Shown: positions 60,727 to 64,000 of the stretch, piece after piece
How positions within the stretch are numbered: the first letter of the stretch is position 1
Layout of the letters: the number at the start of each line of letters is the position of its first letter
Source of the DNA: the human T2T-CHM13v2.0 reference genome, Homo sapiens
Assembly: GCF_009914755.1 (NCBI RefSeq)
Contig: NC_060930.1
Direction: 5' to 3' (one strand)
DNA length: 64,000 nt
Translations under genes and position numbers: made by a program
The notes under the pieces: model-generated
What the model was told of the DNA's origin: nothing
The model's database searches: none
The model's input: the letters and a program-made list of their open reading frames with translations, nothing else

Positions 60727-61317
60727 AGAACAGGCACACACTTACACAGACACACAAGAAGATCAGCAAAAGAATCTTTTAACCCACTAGGCCTACCATA
60801 AAACAAAGTTTCAGAAAGCCCCTGCCATAAACTTCTAATTCAATCTTTGGAGCTAGGAGTTCTACACATCATTGATACAGCATGATCACCAAACTCTGTC
60901 CAGTACAAATAATATGTGACCCCAAATTAATCACTGATTTTTTACTTCCTTTTTCTTCTTATCCTCACCTTCCTCTCCCATCAGCAGATTCCTAAACACT
61001 CATCCCTCTTTTGCTCAGCTATGCCCTACTAGCTACCTATGCCTTTATCATCCCATTGGATTCTCATCCTAATCCACAATATTCCCAAAGTACTCCTTCC
61101 TCCTCCCCACCTGAGCCAAGACCACCTTTGGTGTTACCTAAACTTATCATCCAGTACAACTACCTGTCTTCATGCTCACCAATGTCATCTTCAGATCCCA
61201 GCTTCCTCTGTGACTCAGCCCCTGACTTAATTTTGTTCTTTCTATTTGAAACCCCTACCATCAATTAAGATTTGCTTTAACCTCCATATTAATGGTTCTT
61301 AAAAAACTCTTGCCTTT

Positions 61318-61608
<291 letters not shown>

Positions 61609-62499
61609 TGCATTCATTGGAGTCCTTTGAATTTAATTCCATTTACCATTACCCTACTAAATTATTAAGTCTCCCTCTGGCACATAGGGCACTCAGCTTC
61701 ACATAAAACCTTGACTTCAATCCTCAGACCACAGCCTCTTTACTTCCATCCACCTCCTCAAGGTCATTCTCAAGGAACCTGCACTTTTGCTTCTTTCCTC
61801 CGAGCTTCCCTGTGGTCCAGCCTGGCTCACTGTTTTGAGTTGTATAATCTTCTGGCACATCTCTGTCATCACACTTGCCATTATCAAACCTAAGATAACC
61901 CTAACTTTCCTGTCCATTTTAGTTTCTACCCAGTGTCTTTCATAAAAGAGCATGAGGAATTCACACATAAAGAAAACATCCCTCTTCCCCAAGTCAGGAT
62001 TTTTCTGGATTTTTAAGCTTCTTTCTTTCCTTCCCTTTTGCTTTGCCAGGGAAGGGATTCTACCACTTTCGCAGGATGGTCTTTCCTCATCTGTAACCTT
62101 GCTAAATAATTTCTCTCTTTTATTTTCATCAAGCTCTTTCATTTATGGGATCCTTTGCCTTTGCTTATAGCCATAAGAAATTCTTCTTATCTCATTCCCT
62201 CAATTCCTGGATTTTTGTTAACTCTATGTGAAATGGAAATAGAAGAAAACTACCTAAATATGATCAAAGCTACTTACAAAAAACTGTGGCATATGAAATA
62301 AACATTGGGATAATTCCCACAAAAAAATCACAACTAAGGAAAAGATATCTACTAATACCACTATAATTCAACATCATTTGGGAGGCACTAGAAAATGCAG
62401 TAAGAAAAACGAAATAACCAATACAACTATTGAAGAAGAGGGGACAGTTACTTCTACATACCTAAAATATGATTTTATGCCCAGAATACTTAGAAGAAT

Positions 62500-62880
62500 T
62501 AATATGGTTTGGCTCTGTGTCCCTACCCAAATCTCATTTCGAATGAAGAGATTTGTAATCCCTACATGTCAAGGGAGGGACCTGGTGGGAGGTGATTAGA
62601 TCATGGGGGTCATTTCCCCCATGCTGTTCTCATGACAGTGAGTGAATTCTCAGGAGAGCTGATTGTTTTAAAGTGTGGCACTTCCTCACTCTCTTGCTCT
62701 ATCTCTCTCTCCTGCTACCTTGTGAAAAGGGTACTTGTTTCTCCTTTGCCTCCTGTCATGATTGTAAGTTTCCTGAGGTCTCCCCAGCCATGTGGAACTG
62801 TGAGTTAATTAAACTTCTTTCCTTTATAAATTACCCAGTCTCAGACAGTTCTTTATAGCAGGTGAAAATGGGCTAATACA
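62500..62880 (+). mobile_element. MSTA-like MaLR LTR
   Basis: atatggtttggctctgtgtccc...gggacctggtgggaggtgatt...aattacccagtctcag...ctaataca. Confidence 0.9.
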
Positions 62881-62882
62881 AC

Positions 62883-63247
62883 TGATACAGTTTGGCTGTG
62901 TCCCCACCCAAATCTCATCTTGAATTGTAACTCCCACAATTCCCTGTGTCATGGGAGGGACCCAGTGGGAGGTAATTGAACCATGGGGGTGGGTCTTTCT
63001 CTGCTGTTCTCCTAATAGTGAATAAGTCTCATGAGATCTGACGGTTTTATAAATAGGAGTTCCCCTGCACAAGCTCTTTCTCCTTCTTTGTCTGCTGCCA
63101 TCCATGTAAGATGTGACTTGCTCCTCCTTGCCCTCTGTCATGATTGTGAGGCGTCCCCAGCCATGTGGAACTGTAAGTCCATTAAACCTTTTTTTCTTCC
63201 CAGTCTCAGGTATGTCTTTATAAGCAGCATAAAAACAGACTAATACA
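62883..63247 (+). mobile_element. THE1 (C/D-like) MaLR solo LTR with ACAAC TSD
   Basis: tgatacagtttggctgtgtccccacccaaatctcatcttgaattgta...cagactaataca; acaac at 62878-62882 and 63248-63252. Confidence 0.92.
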
Positions 63248-63252
63248 ACAAC

Positions 63253-63760
63253 TGTATTAAAAAATTAGCAAAGAAGCCAGATAAAAGAAAACAATCACAA
63301 AAACAGATTTTATTTATATTAGCAATGAGTTGAAGATCCAAACTGAAAAATAAATATTAATTAATAATAGCAACAAAAATGAAAAAGATACCTGGGAATA
63401 TATTATATAAGAAAAACACAGAACTTAGATAAGGAAAATTAAATAATAGGAACACTTGAACACTTAGGAAAATATATCTTGCCTCTGAATGAAACAACAT
63501 TATTTTTAAAGTGCAATTCTTCTAGTAATAATGAATATGTAAATTTAATCCAAAACCAGCAATAATTTACTGTAATCACAATCTGGTATATTTTGTAACT
63601 CGATAAAATTAGTTTAGAATTTTTATAAAAAATAAATCACTGTGAAGAGACACAAATATCTTGAAAAAGAGGAAAATTGAAAGGTAAACATACTTTAACA
63701 TATATTAACGTGTTATAAAGCAAACACAATTCCAAAAAATATATATATTTGTCAGTGGAA
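63253..63760 (+). mobile_element. Old L1M ORF2 remnant (continues from about 62230-62499)
   Basis: A-rich ORF2-like motifs (attcaacatcattgggaggcactag upstream; aaaagatacctgggaata here). Confidence 0.65.
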
Positions 63761-63761
63761 T

Positions 63762-64000
63762 ACAAAAAAAATACCTAGGAATACATCTAACCAAGAAGGT
63801 GAAAGACCTCTACAAGGAGAGCTACAAAACATTGGTGAAAGAAATCATAGATGATACAGACAAATGGGAAAACATTCTATGCTCATGGACTGGAAGAATC
63901 AATGTCATCAAAATGTCCATGCTGTCCAAAGCAATCCACAGATTCAAGACAATTCCCATCAAATTACCAATATCATTCCTCACAGAATTAGAAAATAGTA
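63762..64000 (+). mobile_element. L1PB/MA-like ORF2 fragment (runs off the window end)
   Basis: aaatacctaggaatacatctaaccaagaaggtgaaagacctctacaagg...ctcatggactggaagaatcaat, i.e. the KYLGI...VKDLYKE region. Confidence 0.88.

Overview
Eukaryotic, primate (very probably human) AT-rich, gene-poor DNA made mostly of interspersed repeats: L1, L2, MIR, Alu, ERVL/MaLR LTRs and DNA transposon fossils. I cannot support any host protein-coding exon, RNA gene, CRISPR array or prokaryotic feature. Main structures: (1) a full-length, decayed L1PA7-like LINE-1 (15151-21595) with a target-site duplication (TSD); (2) an old ERVL pol/dUTPase remnant with an MLT2D-like LTR (28823-31112); (3) a HERV-L provirus (MLT2A-type 5' LTR 50305-50794, gag-pro-pol-dUTPase to about 60346, no 3' LTR). 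A young, 5'-truncated L1 with ACG/A diagnostics inserted just after the primer-binding site (PBS) of this provirus. It carries an ~820-bp 3' transduction with a second poly(A), and the whole unit is bounded by a perfect 17-bp TSD. The insertion puts an uninterrupted, ATG-initiated, endonuclease-less 1010-codon ORF2 (RT plus C-terminal domain) 40 bp behind an LTR of a family active at zygotic genome activation. This is the most interesting structure in the window; its expression is untested. Several small locally templated direct or inverted insertions and an internal HERV-L duplication are also visible. Subfamily names come from recalled consensus motifs, not database searches, and boundaries of old repeats are approximate.
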